Positions 46,301-56,208 of a stretch of DNA of 64,000 nt are shown in pieces. A program made the position numbers and the translations under genes. Under the pieces are notes generated by a model. That model was not told the DNA's origin. It was given only the letters and a program-made list of their open reading frames with translations, and ran no database searches. How positions within the stretch are numbered: position 1 is the first letter of the stretch; each line of letters begins with the position of its first letter. The DNA lies in the sequence record MH221129.1; one strand, 5' to 3'.

Positions 46301-49300
46301 AAAGTCGGTATGGGCTTTAACAAAGTTATCAAGTTGCCGAAGAAGTTCCTGGACTTCCTTTCTCCGAAAGCGGGCAGCGTAGTAACTAAAATCAAAGACT
46401 GGTTGAACGAAATTCCGGAAGGGGAAGAGAAATCTCGCCTGTCGAAAGCGTTCAGTCGTATTACCAGTCTGCCAGGGAAAGCGTGGAACTTCGCAAAAAC
46501 TGGCGTGGATAAACTGAAAGATCTCATCACAGACAACCCACTGACACGTTGGTGGCAAGGTCGTGGCGATGGCGGTAAAGGTGGATTCAGTCTGTTCTCC
46601 GGTTCTACCGGTAGGAAGACAAACCACATCCTGATTCGCATCTACAAACTCCTGAACAAACGCCTCGCTGGTGAACCGGAAGACGAAGGTTGGACGGAAC
46701 AGATGGAGCGGAACGTCGGAGGTGGTAGTAAGATTGGGGAAGGGGCTGCACGTTTACTGCGGCGTGCTAAAGTGATGGGACGCCGTCGCTTTGGTGGTCG
46801 TTGGGGTAGAATGAAAGCAGCCTTTGGCCGCGGCCGTTCACGGTTGGGTGAATGGTTTGACGGCTTCCGTAATCGCGCAGGTAATGTGGCGGATTCATTC
46901 CGCGATGCACGTCATGACATTGGCACGCGTTATGAAGTCGAGCGCCGTTTAGCTGGCCGTGATGATGACGTCTCTGATTTTTACCGTGAGCATCTGTATC
47001 AGCGTGGAGCGTTTTCCGGTCGTAAGGTCGCCGGTGCGGCGAAAGACGACATGGAGACGGTACGCGACGCGGCGGGTCGTGTCGTTAACAAAGGCAAGAA
47101 CGCAGCGAAGTCAGTTGGCGCTAAACTCTTCGAACGTTTAGACCGCATGGTTGGGTTGCAGGAGATGTCGTGGTTTAACACCATGCGCGAATCTGTTGCT
47201 CAAGCCGGGGGTTCTGATGGCTTACTGCGAACAATGTTTGCGAAGTTCGGCCGTCGTAACAAACCGGGCGAAGGCGATGAGAAACGGGATTACTTCCAGT
47301 TCTTCCGTCGCTGGCGTGATAAACGTGAGGAGAAGAAAAAGAAAGCAACAGGATCGAAAAGCAAGGTTGGCGGCTTAATGGACATGCTGAAAGGCTTGCC
47401 GTTAATTGGTCCGCTGGTCTCTATTCTCGGTACCGTAGGTTCAATACTGGGCACTGTTGCGAAGTGGGGTATCTTTAAGCCCGGCAAACTGTTAGGGAAA
47501 GCTGCGTGGCAGGTTGGTAAGTTCGCGGTAACCCGCTTGGCTGCCCCAGCGTTGAGTGCGGTGGCAACTGCCGGTTCTGCCGTTGTGGCTGCAGTTGGTT
47601 GGCCGGCGATACTCATCGGCGGTGCTATCGCCGCAGTCGGGTACGCTGCGTACAAAATCGCCACCACAACGTACACGAAGTATCTGGATAAAATGCGTTT
47701 AGCACAATACGGTTTCCGTGATTACGATAAGTGGTCATCGGATGACGGTGCGAAAGCGCGGTATCTGGAAGACGCCCTGCATGAGTACGTGAGTTACAAC
47801 GAAAAGGGACAGGCTACCATTCGTGGCCTAGGTGCGAAGGATGTACAGAAGTTGGCCGAAGGGTTTGGTGTGAATGTCGAGGAAAAAGGTGAGATGCTCG
47901 CCTTCCAGGCGTTTATGCTACAGCGCTTCATGCCGATTTACTTGCGTTGGATTACCGCACTGAAATCCCTGGACAACGATGTTCAGCTGAAAGACCTCGG
48001 TGACTCATCCAAAGTCTCGAAGGCTGACATGCAGGCTATCTTCGCGAAAGTGAAGATGAACAAAGATGCGAAAGAGTTCACCGCTCTGACAGACCCACGC
48101 AAAGTTAACCAAGGTTTCTTCTCAAAGGCCTGGGACTTCGTGACCTTTACCTCTCCGGATTTGTTAGATGCTGACGAGGTAATGGATGTTCAGACCGAAG
48201 TAGAACGTTCCATCAAGTTCCGCGTGGACGATGCGACAGCAAAACGCAAGGGTATGCTGCAGGCTGTTGAGGGGATTAAATCTGCCGGTGTAGCGGAGGC
48301 TGCTCAGAAACTCACTCAGCTGGATGACGAACGCAACAAAAACGTTGCTAAGGCACAAGGTTGGGAGGACGGCACCGAGCAAGTACAGATTCAGGTGGAC
48401 TATAACGGGATTCTCGACCAGAAGGATATCAACGCCCTGGAGTCGGTTCGTTGGAAGTCTTACGGTTTGGTTAGTATTGACACAACCGCAAGAACGATGA
48501 TGAGCACGTTTGAGAAAAACGTTATCAAAGATATCGACGTTAAAACCAGCAGCTATAAAGGCGACTGGAAGAAAGCGATTGCTATCATTGCGCCTGATGC
48601 AATTGGGACACCAAAAGAAGACCGTATGAAGCTGTGGTTCTTTAGCCGCTTCTTGCCAGTCTTCATGACCTACCTGGTTGGGGTGAAACGTTATCTGCCT
48701 ACCGGCGATCCGTTGAACCTGAAATTAACAGGTGGTTATCTGTACGAACTCGGTCTGATGATGCGCGGGGCGTATACCCTGAAAGGTGGTGTGCGTCAGT
48801 CGGTGTGGGAAATTGCCGTTAACCCATTGGGCGGCGAGGCCAACACCGATCCAAATACCGTGAAGGAAGAACTGGAAACACTGCGTGTCCTGTCGAAAGA
48901 AGCAGACCTTGCTGTACGTAACATGCTGAAAGAGACGCAGTCAGCAGGTAAGCGTGCGAAGTGGCAACGCCGCGATAAAAACGTTAGCTTCCTGCAAACC
49001 GAGGGCGGTGATGACGATCCGAACATTAGTTCGGGCGACACCTTGTCCGCAGAAGGTCAGCGTGCCTCTGGTTATATTGCAACGCCGGGTAGTAGCGGCG
49101 TGCCTAATGACCTGGGACAGACTGTCGACATGGTTGGGGGTGTGGGTAACTACGCGAAGATGACGACTGGGCAGTCCAGCATCAATCTGACAGAAGTTCA
49201 GGATGGTGACTATAAGTCATTCGCGCAGAAATATCCATTGGAGTCTCTGGGTAGACGGGGTGCGATGAACACACCGAAAATCAAAGAGATGATTATCGAT

Positions 49301-50467
49301 GCGGCCAAGATGATGGGTGTGCCGCCAGCAGTGGCCCTGGGGATGGCGAAAGCCGAATCTGGATTCAACTACCTGGCGAAGAACCCATATGCCTCTGCTT
49401 CCGGGCTGTTCCAATTTGTGAACGGAACCTGGAAAGGTATGATGGATAAATACGCACGTAAGTTTGGTATTCCACGCGTAGGACAGCAAGACCCGTGGGC
49501 GAACACGATCCTCGGTCTGCAGTTCATTCGTGATAATATCCAACAGGCACAACGTGACCTTGGCGGTAAAGCGCCACCACCGGCCGTTGCGTATCTCTAT
49601 CACTTCTTAGGCCCAGGTGGCGGTAAGATGTTCCTGAATGCGTGGATGAAGAATCCTAACGCACCAGCAAGTTCTGCACCGGGGATCACACGCGCGATCT
49701 TAACGGGTAACAAGAACGTGTTCTACGATGGACAAGGCCGTATTCGTTCCATCGACGGTGTTATTCAGGAATTGAACCGCCGTATCGGTGCGGTGTCGGC
49801 TAACCAAATGGCAGCCAACCCGAATCAAACCGACGACATGAAAGCCAACCTGTCTCCGACCGGTGCGACTAACCCAGCGCAAGCAATGGGTGCGGGTGCT
49901 GCTAACGACCCAAGTCTTTCTCCGACCGATAACCTGCCTGCGGATAACGCAGCGCGTCGTGACGACGCTCTCACGCAGAAAGGCGCAATGGCCGCACAAG
50001 ACGCGGCCGCAACCGCCGCAGGTAACGCGGGTCCTGCTGCACCGTCTCCAAACGGTAGTAGCGGTGGCGGTGGCTCGGATATCGACACCACTGCGGATAG
50101 TGTGGCAGCACAGGCTGCTGCTGATGGACTGTCGCCAACAGACGTGGCGAAGGTGAAGGCTGGTGCACAAGCACAGGTCAACGCTACCACGAAAGCTGCC
50201 GCGCCAGTAACGTCAGATGCAACAGCGTCTACTCCGACCCTCAACGGTGAACCGATCGATGCGCAGCAATTGAAAGTGCTGATTCAGTCTCGCGATTATC
50301 TGAAAGAGATTCGTGACCTGATTAAAGCCAATCCGAGAGCAGCGAATCAATCACCGGGTGGTAATGCTGGACAACAAGCAGGCGTGGCCCCTCCAGGCTC
50401 CGCTTCTCGTCGTCAGGACATCACCCAACCCACACCGTCTTTGAACGTCAGTCGTAAAGCAAGCTAA
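43334..50467 (+). CDS. Tail tape-measure-like protein with lytic transglycosylase domain (phiKZ gp181-like)
   Basis: 2377 aa; SLT motifs AKAESGFN, ASGLFQF and YLYHFLG at ~49300-49620. Confidence 0.88.
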   Translation: MAKRGKDGFDDIDLDNLDDWDDFGEPPRQDDKKRNPILNTLRTARKSALSTIWPEGKRDQVILKGMPKPATDAYEGYQSAAAAAKDIYAHTKGELEKTERTLKQQARQLGPTMRKYLPDAVTKRIDKWSKSDELQYSQYDPNQALMDRELNEVFAGNDVPNSPEEQRTMQQQMTEDKLRDAVKDMKADAMHQTLIGMAKDVNLLTGLNRGVFLNIERKKLELQYRTLFALQDLSKLKQTEFDRNTPALEAIVKNTALPDYAKEDFSEVRWANVKRQAAEWMNPLKYAEGFMEMIRENTKKKISGAFGEGRGLLESFLSMGVEDDFGMEDSSSLSADKRKTNARGKAVGWGSGFLAKKLLGPQIEKLQKYTREQMEKNPEVMKRLQKGSYTFQNLSSLSNSAIAGETDGPLADLFRALNELGIITPHGREKAFLDERNGETLSRSAKFDRKAYLSLVEVIPAWLSEINKSIRRGYGEHADQEYDITSRGFVDRKVVGNRIRKAVANDDQRLRLQKSINSTVDFVDKGKVLSAKDRQHLADYIESRASQGRAFDVESILKDPTHLSRHMPTSAAERIQAALQSHSDSLTGGSGELSNNIAHKIATVQSSISQRQALIDEAVNIYGERALRDAGIFNYDAKSDTFGVDKDLSDPYTMFNDLAMGKTRSGRALTRDQEIARKLQNGSALGDYLRRMNQGASGGVDDTSLPPALRGGGKGRGMSPRQLAAVLYGETSTNFVELLSQRNQQEPSQLGSQDRVVDAIRESNNATLIQQILDHVKSMDEEGILLASLSGGSDAGGDEEMGPPKPGGRKGKRRRIIIGEDGLMRRWGGVLFDTIGGAGRLARKGVKGAWDKLNGFGSWARGKISGMGGGEGPGLFSKLTGLISGTAKDAFDSVAAFGKGVLGIRDIYDEHGNVVLQGSRLAAGEYYQVSSGQGGKLKQLKSLDDIRLGRDIVDESGNLILSAADLAKAGKLRYYKGGRVQALTEVLAGKVGMGFNKVIKLPKKFLDFLSPKAGSVVTKIKDWLNEIPEGEEKSRLSKAFSRITSLPGKAWNFAKTGVDKLKDLITDNPLTRWWQGRGDGGKGGFSLFSGSTGRKTNHILIRIYKLLNKRLAGEPEDEGWTEQMERNVGGGSKIGEGAARLLRRAKVMGRRRFGGRWGRMKAAFGRGRSRLGEWFDGFRNRAGNVADSFRDARHDIGTRYEVERRLAGRDDDVSDFYREHLYQRGAFSGRKVAGAAKDDMETVRDAAGRVVNKGKNAAKSVGAKLFERLDRMVGLQEMSWFNTMRESVAQAGGSDGLLRTMFAKFGRRNKPGEGDEKRDYFQFFRRWRDKREEKKKKATGSKSKVGGLMDMLKGLPLIGPLVSILGTVGSILGTVAKWGIFKPGKLLGKAAWQVGKFAVTRLAAPALSAVATAGSAVVAAVGWPAILIGGAIAAVGYAAYKIATTTYTKYLDKMRLAQYGFRDYDKWSSDDGAKARYLEDALHEYVSYNEKGQATIRGLGAKDVQKLAEGFGVNVEEKGEMLAFQAFMLQRFMPIYLRWITALKSLDNDVQLKDLGDSSKVSKADMQAIFAKVKMNKDAKEFTALTDPRKVNQGFFSKAWDFVTFTSPDLLDADEVMDVQTEVERSIKFRVDDATAKRKGMLQAVEGIKSAGVAEAAQKLTQLDDERNKNVAKAQGWEDGTEQVQIQVDYNGILDQKDINALESVRWKSYGLVSIDTTARTMMSTFEKNVIKDIDVKTSSYKGDWKKAIAIIAPDAIGTPKEDRMKLWFFSRFLPVFMTYLVGVKRYLPTGDPLNLKLTGGYLYELGLMMRGAYTLKGGVRQSVWEIAVNPLGGEANTDPNTVKEELETLRVLSKEADLAVRNMLKETQSAGKRAKWQRRDKNVSFLQTEGGDDDPNISSGDTLSAEGQRASGYIATPGSSGVPNDLGQTVDMVGGVGNYAKMTTGQSSINLTEVQDGDYKSFAQKYPLESLGRRGAMNTPKIKEMIIDAAKMMGVPPAVALGMAKAESGFNYLAKNPYASASGLFQFVNGTWKGMMDKYARKFGIPRVGQQDPWANTILGLQFIRDNIQQAQRDLGGKAPPPAVAYLYHFLGPGGGKMFLNAWMKNPNAPASSAPGITRAILTGNKNVFYDGQGRIRSIDGVIQELNRRIGAVSANQMAANPNQTDDMKANLSPTGATNPAQAMGAGAANDPSLSPTDNLPADNAARRDDALTQKGAMAAQDAAATAAGNAGPAAPSPNGSSGGGGSDIDTTADSVAAQAAADGLSPTDVAKVKAGAQAQVNATTKAAAPVTSDATASTPTLNGEPIDAQQLKVLIQSRDYLKEIRDLIKANPRAANQSPGGNAGQQAGVAPPGSASRRQDITQPTPSLNVSRKAS

Positions 50468-50514
50468 TCGTAGGGGGTGGCAACACCCCCTATCATCTTA
50501 CAGAGAGGTTAAAC

Positions 50515-52725
50515 GTGGACGCAAGAGAATTAAAAGATTCAGGATGGGTAACCGGCCTGTTCGGCGGGACTATCTCCCAACGAGATGAACGCTTCCTGGG
50601 TTTGCGTCGTTATTCTAACGCGATGCTCTCGTTTGAAGATACCACTATGGGTGGTTCGCAAGCGTTGAATGCGCCGCCTCAGTTTACGATGTTTGCTGAT
50701 CCCCCTTCAACCGGGGCACTCGCCCAACCAGACATTGGTGGCGGGTCTTATCAAGCGTACATGGAAGGACAAGACTTGAAAGGGTCTTACCGACTGGGTA
50801 CGTATTACTACGAATCCATCAATCAGAACGGGTTCTATCTTCACTGCCGTTTCGGTAAGCCGCGATATATTGGTGTCGCTGCGTTCTTCGCGAATATGTA
50901 CGACTCCAACCTGGCTTATCTGGCGCGTACCGGTGACTACCCCGGTATGTTGCGTACCATCGGGACGTATGTGACAGCTGCAGCCATTTGGGCAGCAGTG
51001 GGCACAGTGGCGTTCGCAGTAATCTTGATTACGCCGCGCATCCTGAAGATGGTGCTGAATAAGCAAACGTCACGTTACTACTACGTGAAACCTGCAATGC
51101 ACCTGTATCTGCGTGCTGTACAGAACATCGTGAACACGCAGTTAGTTTATCGTCGTTTGGTACCTACCGGGGTACTGAATACTTTCCAGTTAGCAAATAC
51201 TGTCGACGGGAAAGAAAACAAATATAACGGCGATCGTAGCGAATGGTACTCCATGCTTCCAGACATTTGGAAGTCTAACGGCGAGTTCGATATCTATCGA
51301 ATGATTAACCGATACCAGACGCTGGCCAATTATCAGTCGGCAACGATTGATAAAATCCGTAAAGAAGCAGGTGACAACGAGGACGACTTCGCTCGACGTT
51401 TACGAAACTTCTACCTGGAATCCACGTATTCAACCAAGCACGTTAATGCTGCCGCCGCGTACGAGGTTTCGCTACAGAACCTGGAGTATGTGGCGCGTAC
51501 CGACGCGGGTTATTACGCAGGGTTTGATGACGCAGATAAACAGGAAGAAGCGCTCGTTGCTGGTATGGATGGCGCGATTAATGATGCCCAGGCCGCCGGC
51601 GGTACCGATACTGACATGCTGAATTCCGCGGAACGTAAGCGTAAGGATCTTGCTGAGCAGATGGCCGCGGTTCAAAAGAACCAGGAAGCTGCAGCAAACA
51701 ATCAAGCTGCTGCCGAGGGTATGGATGAAAACAACCTCGATATCGGTAAGATTGAAAACTGGATGTCTCAGGGGCAGGAAGAAACGGTCGGTAAGATCTT
51801 CAAGGATTTCGCTGCGATGGCGGACAGAACCTGGAAGAACATGACCACTCAAGCGGCTTCCGAGATACGTAATGGCTCCCAGTGGGTTACCTGGCGTGTC
51901 GAAGGACGTGACACCGTATCACGTTCATTCTCGAACACCACCAAAGAACCGGAGATTTCAGGCACCGTTAACTCGGCTACCCAGAAAGCCCGTTCTCTGG
52001 AGGTTAACCTTTCAGGTGGTAAAACTGGCTTCGACGCTGTCGACGGTTTAATCACCGGTTTGAAATCCGCCTTTACAGGCGCTCTGGACTTCCTTCATCT
52101 TTCCGGGATTATGTCACTGTACAACTCGTCAGTGATTGACTTTCCAGAAGTGTGGGATTCGTCTGATACGTCAGGTGACGATATCTCGCTTAGCATCCCG
52201 TTGCGGTGCTGGTCAGGTAACGACCTCGATGTCTTTCAGGATTTGATTGTCCCGATGTCGTTTTGGTTGGCATCAGTGTGTCCCCTTGCAACCGGTAAAC
52301 AGTCGTTTACCCATCCGTTCTATCTGGAGTGTTATTCTCGCGGTCGTTATTCCATGCGTAATGCCATGGTAACGAACCTGAGTTTGCAGTTTGGTACAGG
52401 CGGCCTTGGTTGGCGTGCTGATGGTTTGCCACTTTCGTGTGATATCCAAGTGACTATCCGCGACCTATCCCGCGTCATGTACATGCCCATCGTTACGGAT
52501 GTTGGGGTATTCGACGATGATAATAAGTTCAGCGAATTTATGTCTGTACTTGGGGCCGCAACGCTGTATGAACGTACGAATGGTATCGCACAGGCAAAAA
52601 TCAATGCCTCCATTTGGGCGCAGAACTGGCGTAGTGCGTGGTCACAAGGCAGCATCATGAATGCCGCTCTGGACGTAATACCTGCACGACAAATCGCGAA
52701 CATCTTCCTGCCACAAGCCCGTTAA
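50515..52725 (+). CDS. Virion/baseplate protein (736 aa)
   Basis: Follows tape measure gene; inferred from synteny. Confidence 0.7.
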   Translation: MDARELKDSGWVTGLFGGTISQRDERFLGLRRYSNAMLSFEDTTMGGSQALNAPPQFTMFADPPSTGALAQPDIGGGSYQAYMEGQDLKGSYRLGTYYYESINQNGFYLHCRFGKPRYIGVAAFFANMYDSNLAYLARTGDYPGMLRTIGTYVTAAAIWAAVGTVAFAVILITPRILKMVLNKQTSRYYYVKPAMHLYLRAVQNIVNTQLVYRRLVPTGVLNTFQLANTVDGKENKYNGDRSEWYSMLPDIWKSNGEFDIYRMINRYQTLANYQSATIDKIRKEAGDNEDDFARRLRNFYLESTYSTKHVNAAAAYEVSLQNLEYVARTDAGYYAGFDDADKQEEALVAGMDGAINDAQAAGGTDTDMLNSAERKRKDLAEQMAAVQKNQEAAANNQAAAEGMDENNLDIGKIENWMSQGQEETVGKIFKDFAAMADRTWKNMTTQAASEIRNGSQWVTWRVEGRDTVSRSFSNTTKEPEISGTVNSATQKARSLEVNLSGGKTGFDAVDGLITGLKSAFTGALDFLHLSGIMSLYNSSVIDFPEVWDSSDTSGDDISLSIPLRCWSGNDLDVFQDLIVPMSFWLASVCPLATGKQSFTHPFYLECYSRGRYSMRNAMVTNLSLQFGTGGLGWRADGLPLSCDIQVTIRDLSRVMYMPIVTDVGVFDDDNKFSEFMSVLGAATLYERTNGIAQAKINASIWAQNWRSAWSQGSIMNAALDVIPARQIANIFLPQAR

Positions 52726-52777
52726 GGGTATCATTTACATGGTTACTTGCTTTAACCAATGATAGAGGAACGACCGA

Positions 52778-53320
52778 ATGAGTCTGTTTGGAAAAACTGC
52801 GAAAGAGTTAGTCTATGACTTAATCGTTGCCCAAAACCCAGCCCTCACCACCAAAGGGATTACGATTGATAAACTTCAATTCGGTACCCCGTCAAACATC
52901 ACCGCGCCTGACCCGGATGATGAAAAGTACACGCGTTTGAATACCTCGTTAGATGTGACGGGTATCGTAGCGCAGGGTGCGTTCGGTAAGATTGGCTTAA
53001 ACTATCGCCGTCTTTTCGTAGACCATCTGTTCGAGAACGTGGTCATCTCGGTAGACGGTACAGGTGTAACGAAGGCATCGGAGCTGGTTCCGCTTATCCA
53101 GGCGAAATATAACTGGCTTATCGATGCGTCCGAAATCTACGCCACGGAGTCTATGACCAGTAAAGAGAAACACAACCTACGTTTCAATGGCAGCTCACTG
53201 GCCTGGATTGGTACGCTGGAAGTTTACTTGACTGAAGTTCCGTCGGATGCAGTGGACATCACCAAGCTTATTACAGTAACCGAACTGGACGGTCTGACTT
53301 ACGACGCATCTGCATCGTAA
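52778..53320 (+). CDS. Virion structural protein (180 aa), tail-associated N-terminal domain-like
   Basis: Pattern LI..QNP...L.FG.P...NT...G.....YRRL resembles jumbo-phage tail/baseplate proteins; inference. Confidence 0.6.
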   Translation: MSLFGKTAKELVYDLIVAQNPALTTKGITIDKLQFGTPSNITAPDPDDEKYTRLNTSLDVTGIVAQGAFGKIGLNYRRLFVDHLFENVVISVDGTGVTKASELVPLIQAKYNWLIDASEIYATESMTSKEKHNLRFNGSSLAWIGTLEVYLTEVPSDAVDITKLITVTELDGLTYDASAS

Positions 53321-53334
53321 CAAAAAAAGAAGAA

Positions 53335-53364
53335 CTACGAGTACCCCATTGGGGTACTCGTAGG
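53335..53364. terminator. Bidirectional terminator
   Basis: CTACGAGTACCCC/GGGGTACTCGTAG 13-bp stem between convergent genes. Confidence 0.8.
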
Positions 53365-53373
53365 CTTTTATTT

Positions 53374-53796
53374 TTAGCGTTGGATAATCACTTTCACAAT
53401 ATCTTTTACTGGCGGATAGTACCATAGCACGATACTGTCGGGACCTAAATCTTTAGGGTGCGTCTGACAGTAGGCGATATCGGTACCAAACCGTTCAGAG
53501 AGTCGCATCGCGTTCTCTGAGAATTGACAACCGCCACGCCAGTCGTGCGTATACAGAACCTGCTGCAGGAACTTGACTTTCGCATCGAAGAAGTACAGGT
53601 TATCCACAGGCTGATAGTGAGTTACCGGAATAGGCGTATCGGTAAGGACGAATTCCAGACCGCCGCATTGTGCGGAACGTTCTGCCAGAAACTTCATTTG
53701 CCACGGTAACAGTCCATGGTCTTCCCAGACGGTGTTGTTTACCAGCAGATAGTCAGCAGACTCGTCGTATTCAATCGTGAACAGTTTCTTCGCCAT
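53374..53796 (-). CDS. Hypothetical protein (140 aa)
   Basis: TAATG overlap with upstream gene. Confidence 0.75.
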   Translation of the reverse strand: MAKKLFTIEYDESADYLLVNNTVWEDHGLLPWQMKFLAERSAQCGGLEFVLTDTPIPVTHYQPVDNLYFFDAKVKFLQQVLYTHDWRGGCQFSENAMRLSERFGTDIAYCQTHPKDLGPDSIVLWYYPPVKDIVKVIIQR

Positions 53797-54671
53797 TAAT
53801 CCACCTTTTGCTCGAGTTCGGCAGGCGTCATATCTGCTTCTTTAACGAAGATGCCATCAGCGTTCAGGAAACCTTTACGGTCTTTGATTTCATCCCACGC
53901 CAGAGAGAAACACTGTTCCAGCGTCATATCGTAGGCATTGGCCAGCGCGTCCGCGTATTCGACCATCTGCGCGAAATGACATTCGATCATCACAGCGTCA
54001 CTGTTCTCGAAGCGTTTATACTCGAGTTGCTTAGCAGAGTCGATGCCAGCCTGATCCCAGATATAGTCGACCGCCACAGTAAGATGGAAACGCATCTTGT
54101 GGAACAAATAATGGCTGTTCCCATCAAGCGGATCTTTCGAGCGCGCCTCGGCAACATAACCGTTGATGTCCGTCGAGTCGAACTTAATGAGTTCCATTAA
54201 GTTAACCAGAACGACCATGGCATCGCCAATACCGTCCATGATAAAGCGATGTTTGTTTTTGCTGATACCGGTTGCCGCTTCGCCGTCTTCTTCGTAGAGT
54301 TTGGTAGCCTGGCTGTACCAGACACCGTTATCCAGAATGCCGCGAGCTTTGGACCAACCGATAACGTTGGTAATGCACTGCGAGATAGAGTAGAGTGGAA
54401 CGTAACGAGGGTGTGACGTTGTCCCTTTGAACGTCGCGTTTTTGGTATCGAGATCCAGTTCACAGCTTTCAATGTCTAAGAGACCGCCGTCACGGCGCAC
54501 TTTACCTTCGACACGCACTTTACCAGTTTCGGTATTCTGCGCCATGGAGTAAATCTGTTCGAACTCCAGATTACCACCCAGCGCTTTGATAGCTGGGTTA
54601 ACCTGATACAACAGGTCGTCATTAATAACGATGATGTTGTACGGAATCTGGATAATAAAACGTTCGCCCAT
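53796..54671 (-). CDS. MazG-like all-alpha NTP pyrophosphohydrolase with N-terminal extension
   Basis: W..ARG, KLYEEDGE, DGIGDAMVVL and AWDEIKDRKG motifs. Confidence 0.8.
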   Translation of the reverse strand: MGERFIIQIPYNIIVINDDLLYQVNPAIKALGGNLEFEQIYSMAQNTETGKVRVEGKVRRDGGLLDIESCELDLDTKNATFKGTTSHPRYVPLYSISQCITNVIGWSKARGILDNGVWYSQATKLYEEDGEAATGISKNKHRFIMDGIGDAMVVLVNLMELIKFDSTDINGYVAEARSKDPLDGNSHYLFHKMRFHLTVAVDYIWDQAGIDSAKQLEYKRFENSDAVMIECHFAQMVEYADALANAYDMTLEQCFSLAWDEIKDRKGFLNADGIFVKEADMTPAELEQKVD

Positions 54672-54734
54672 TTTGATAGCTCCTTAAACAAAAAAAATAA
54701 GTAGGGTGTCCATATGGACACCCTAATACGTATT

Positions 54735-54938
54735 TTAAATCTTACAAGCACCGCCGGTGCAGTTGTCGTCGTCTTTAGACGGGTCAACGCCACCATCAAC
54801 AGTTGCTTCTGGATCGAGTCCAGGGAGACTGTCAAGGTTATCGAACATGTCATCTTTCTTGTTCATGTCAACTGCGTGACTCGCGTCGTCTAAAGTTACG
54901 AGCGTTTCTAATTGCCCGCGGCCCAATTCTCCAGCCAT
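54735..54938 (-). CDS. 67-aa acidic peptide ending in an NrdA-like CxxxxC tail
   Basis: SD GAGGG, own terminator; C-terminus PSKDDDNCTGGACKI. Confidence 0.75.
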   Translation of the reverse strand: MAGELGRGQLETLVTLDDASHAVDMNKKDDMFDNLDSLPGLDPEATVDGGVDPSKDDDNCTGGACKI

Positions 54939-54947
54939 ACTTCCCTC

Positions 54948-55427
54948 TTAATTAATCAGGTGAATCACAACGTCTGGCGTCACTACATCGACCAGACTGC
55001 GATAGATTTTATCGTAACTGAACTTGTTGAAGAAGAAACCCGCTTCGTCGACAATAACCAAACCGAATTTCTCGTAGCCGGATATTCCCGCACCGGTTGC
55101 TCTTTTCCAACCTTCCGGTAAGTAGCTACAATGTACAGTCAGCCAACCGATTCCAGCCGCTTTTTCATGGAACTTCTCCACCACTTCGTTTCGCAACGAT
55201 TCATTGTGAACTAAGTAGAGCACGCTACCATGGAACTTTGCTGACATATCAACGGCGTGTGTTGTAACACCTTTCTGGCGTCCTGCACCGTAGCGAATAG
55301 TACGAAATTCGCTCAGTGCAATGTGCGGCATAAAGCCACAATTGCGCGCTTCTTCGGAGTCCAGTTCGATAAGACCCTTAGACAGTTCTTTTACTACGGC
55401 ACGGTAATCAATCCGAGTTATAGACAT
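54948..55427 (-). CDS. Single-domain P-loop-like protein with degenerate Walker A
   Basis: GRQKGVTT and LVIVDEA motifs. Confidence 0.6.
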   Translation of the reverse strand: MSITRIDYRAVVKELSKGLIELDSEEARNCGFMPHIALSEFRTIRYGAGRQKGVTTHAVDMSAKFHGSVLYLVHNESLRNEVVEKFHEKAAGIGWLTVHCSYLPEGWKRATGAGISGYEKFGLVIVDEAGFFFNKFSYDKIYRSLVDVVTPDVVIHLIN

Positions 55428-55439
55428 CTGTTTTCACCT

Positions 55440-56207
55440 TTATTCGAAGTTAACCATATACGGCGAGCCTTGGTCAGTAAATCCGACCGTCGATTTGCTC
55501 GCTTCGCTTTTTACCCAGGCGGGTAATTCTTCACGGAACGCCGGGTTCAGGAACCACACTTGTTCATAGCGCCCGTCAATCTTTTCAACCACACGTTCCC
55601 AACCTTCGACATACGTCAACGAAAACCATTTGAAGCGCGCTTGGCGCGCCCAGTAATGATATTCGACGGTTCGGCCCACGTAGGTCAAGACAGCAATCAG
55701 AACTTGATAGAAGCTCGGTTCACCGACTACGTGAGAGTATTCGAAACAAACCGTTTCTTCGCTAGGAACAAAGTTATCTTCAAAGTTCTTTTCCCCAACT
55801 AGTGGGACCATCGTTTCGTCATTGTTGATGCACAGCAACCAGTGTTTGTCTGAAAACACCGGTGTGTTGCCAGGGAAACGTGCCCAGCGATAGTTTTCAA
55901 TCGTGATGCCGATCTTAGGACGAAGCGTATCAAGAACCTTATCCATCGCGACAGGGTCTATTGGCGTATAGGCCAGACATACTGCCTGCGTCTGTTCTCG
56001 TTCCTGCGGTGGTTCAGCTGGTCGAGGACGACGACCTAACATCAAGATGCCGTTCAGGTCGGTTTGGCCAACTTCGATAATGTCGAGTTCGGAAGATGGC
56101 AATTGACGTTGTGCGTCTTCCATGTCAGCCGCGCCCAATAACCCGTATTCGTAGTCGTCGAACTCTACTGTGTAGAATTCCTCAGAGAACGCAAACAGCT
56201 TTTGCAT
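55440..56207 (-). CDS. Hypothetical protein (255 aa)
   Basis: Start reassigned to 56207 (SD GGAG). Confidence 0.75.
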   Translation of the reverse strand: MQKLFAFSEEFYTVEFDDYEYGLLGAADMEDAQRQLPSSELDIIEVGQTDLNGILMLGRRPRPAEPPQEREQTQAVCLAYTPIDPVAMDKVLDTLRPKIGITIENYRWARFPGNTPVFSDKHWLLCINNDETMVPLVGEKNFEDNFVPSEETVCFEYSHVVGEPSFYQVLIAVLTYVGRTVEYHYWARQARFKWFSLTYVEGWERVVEKIDGRYEQVWFLNPAFREELPAWVKSEASKSTVGFTDQGSPYMVNFE

Positions 56208-56208
56208 T

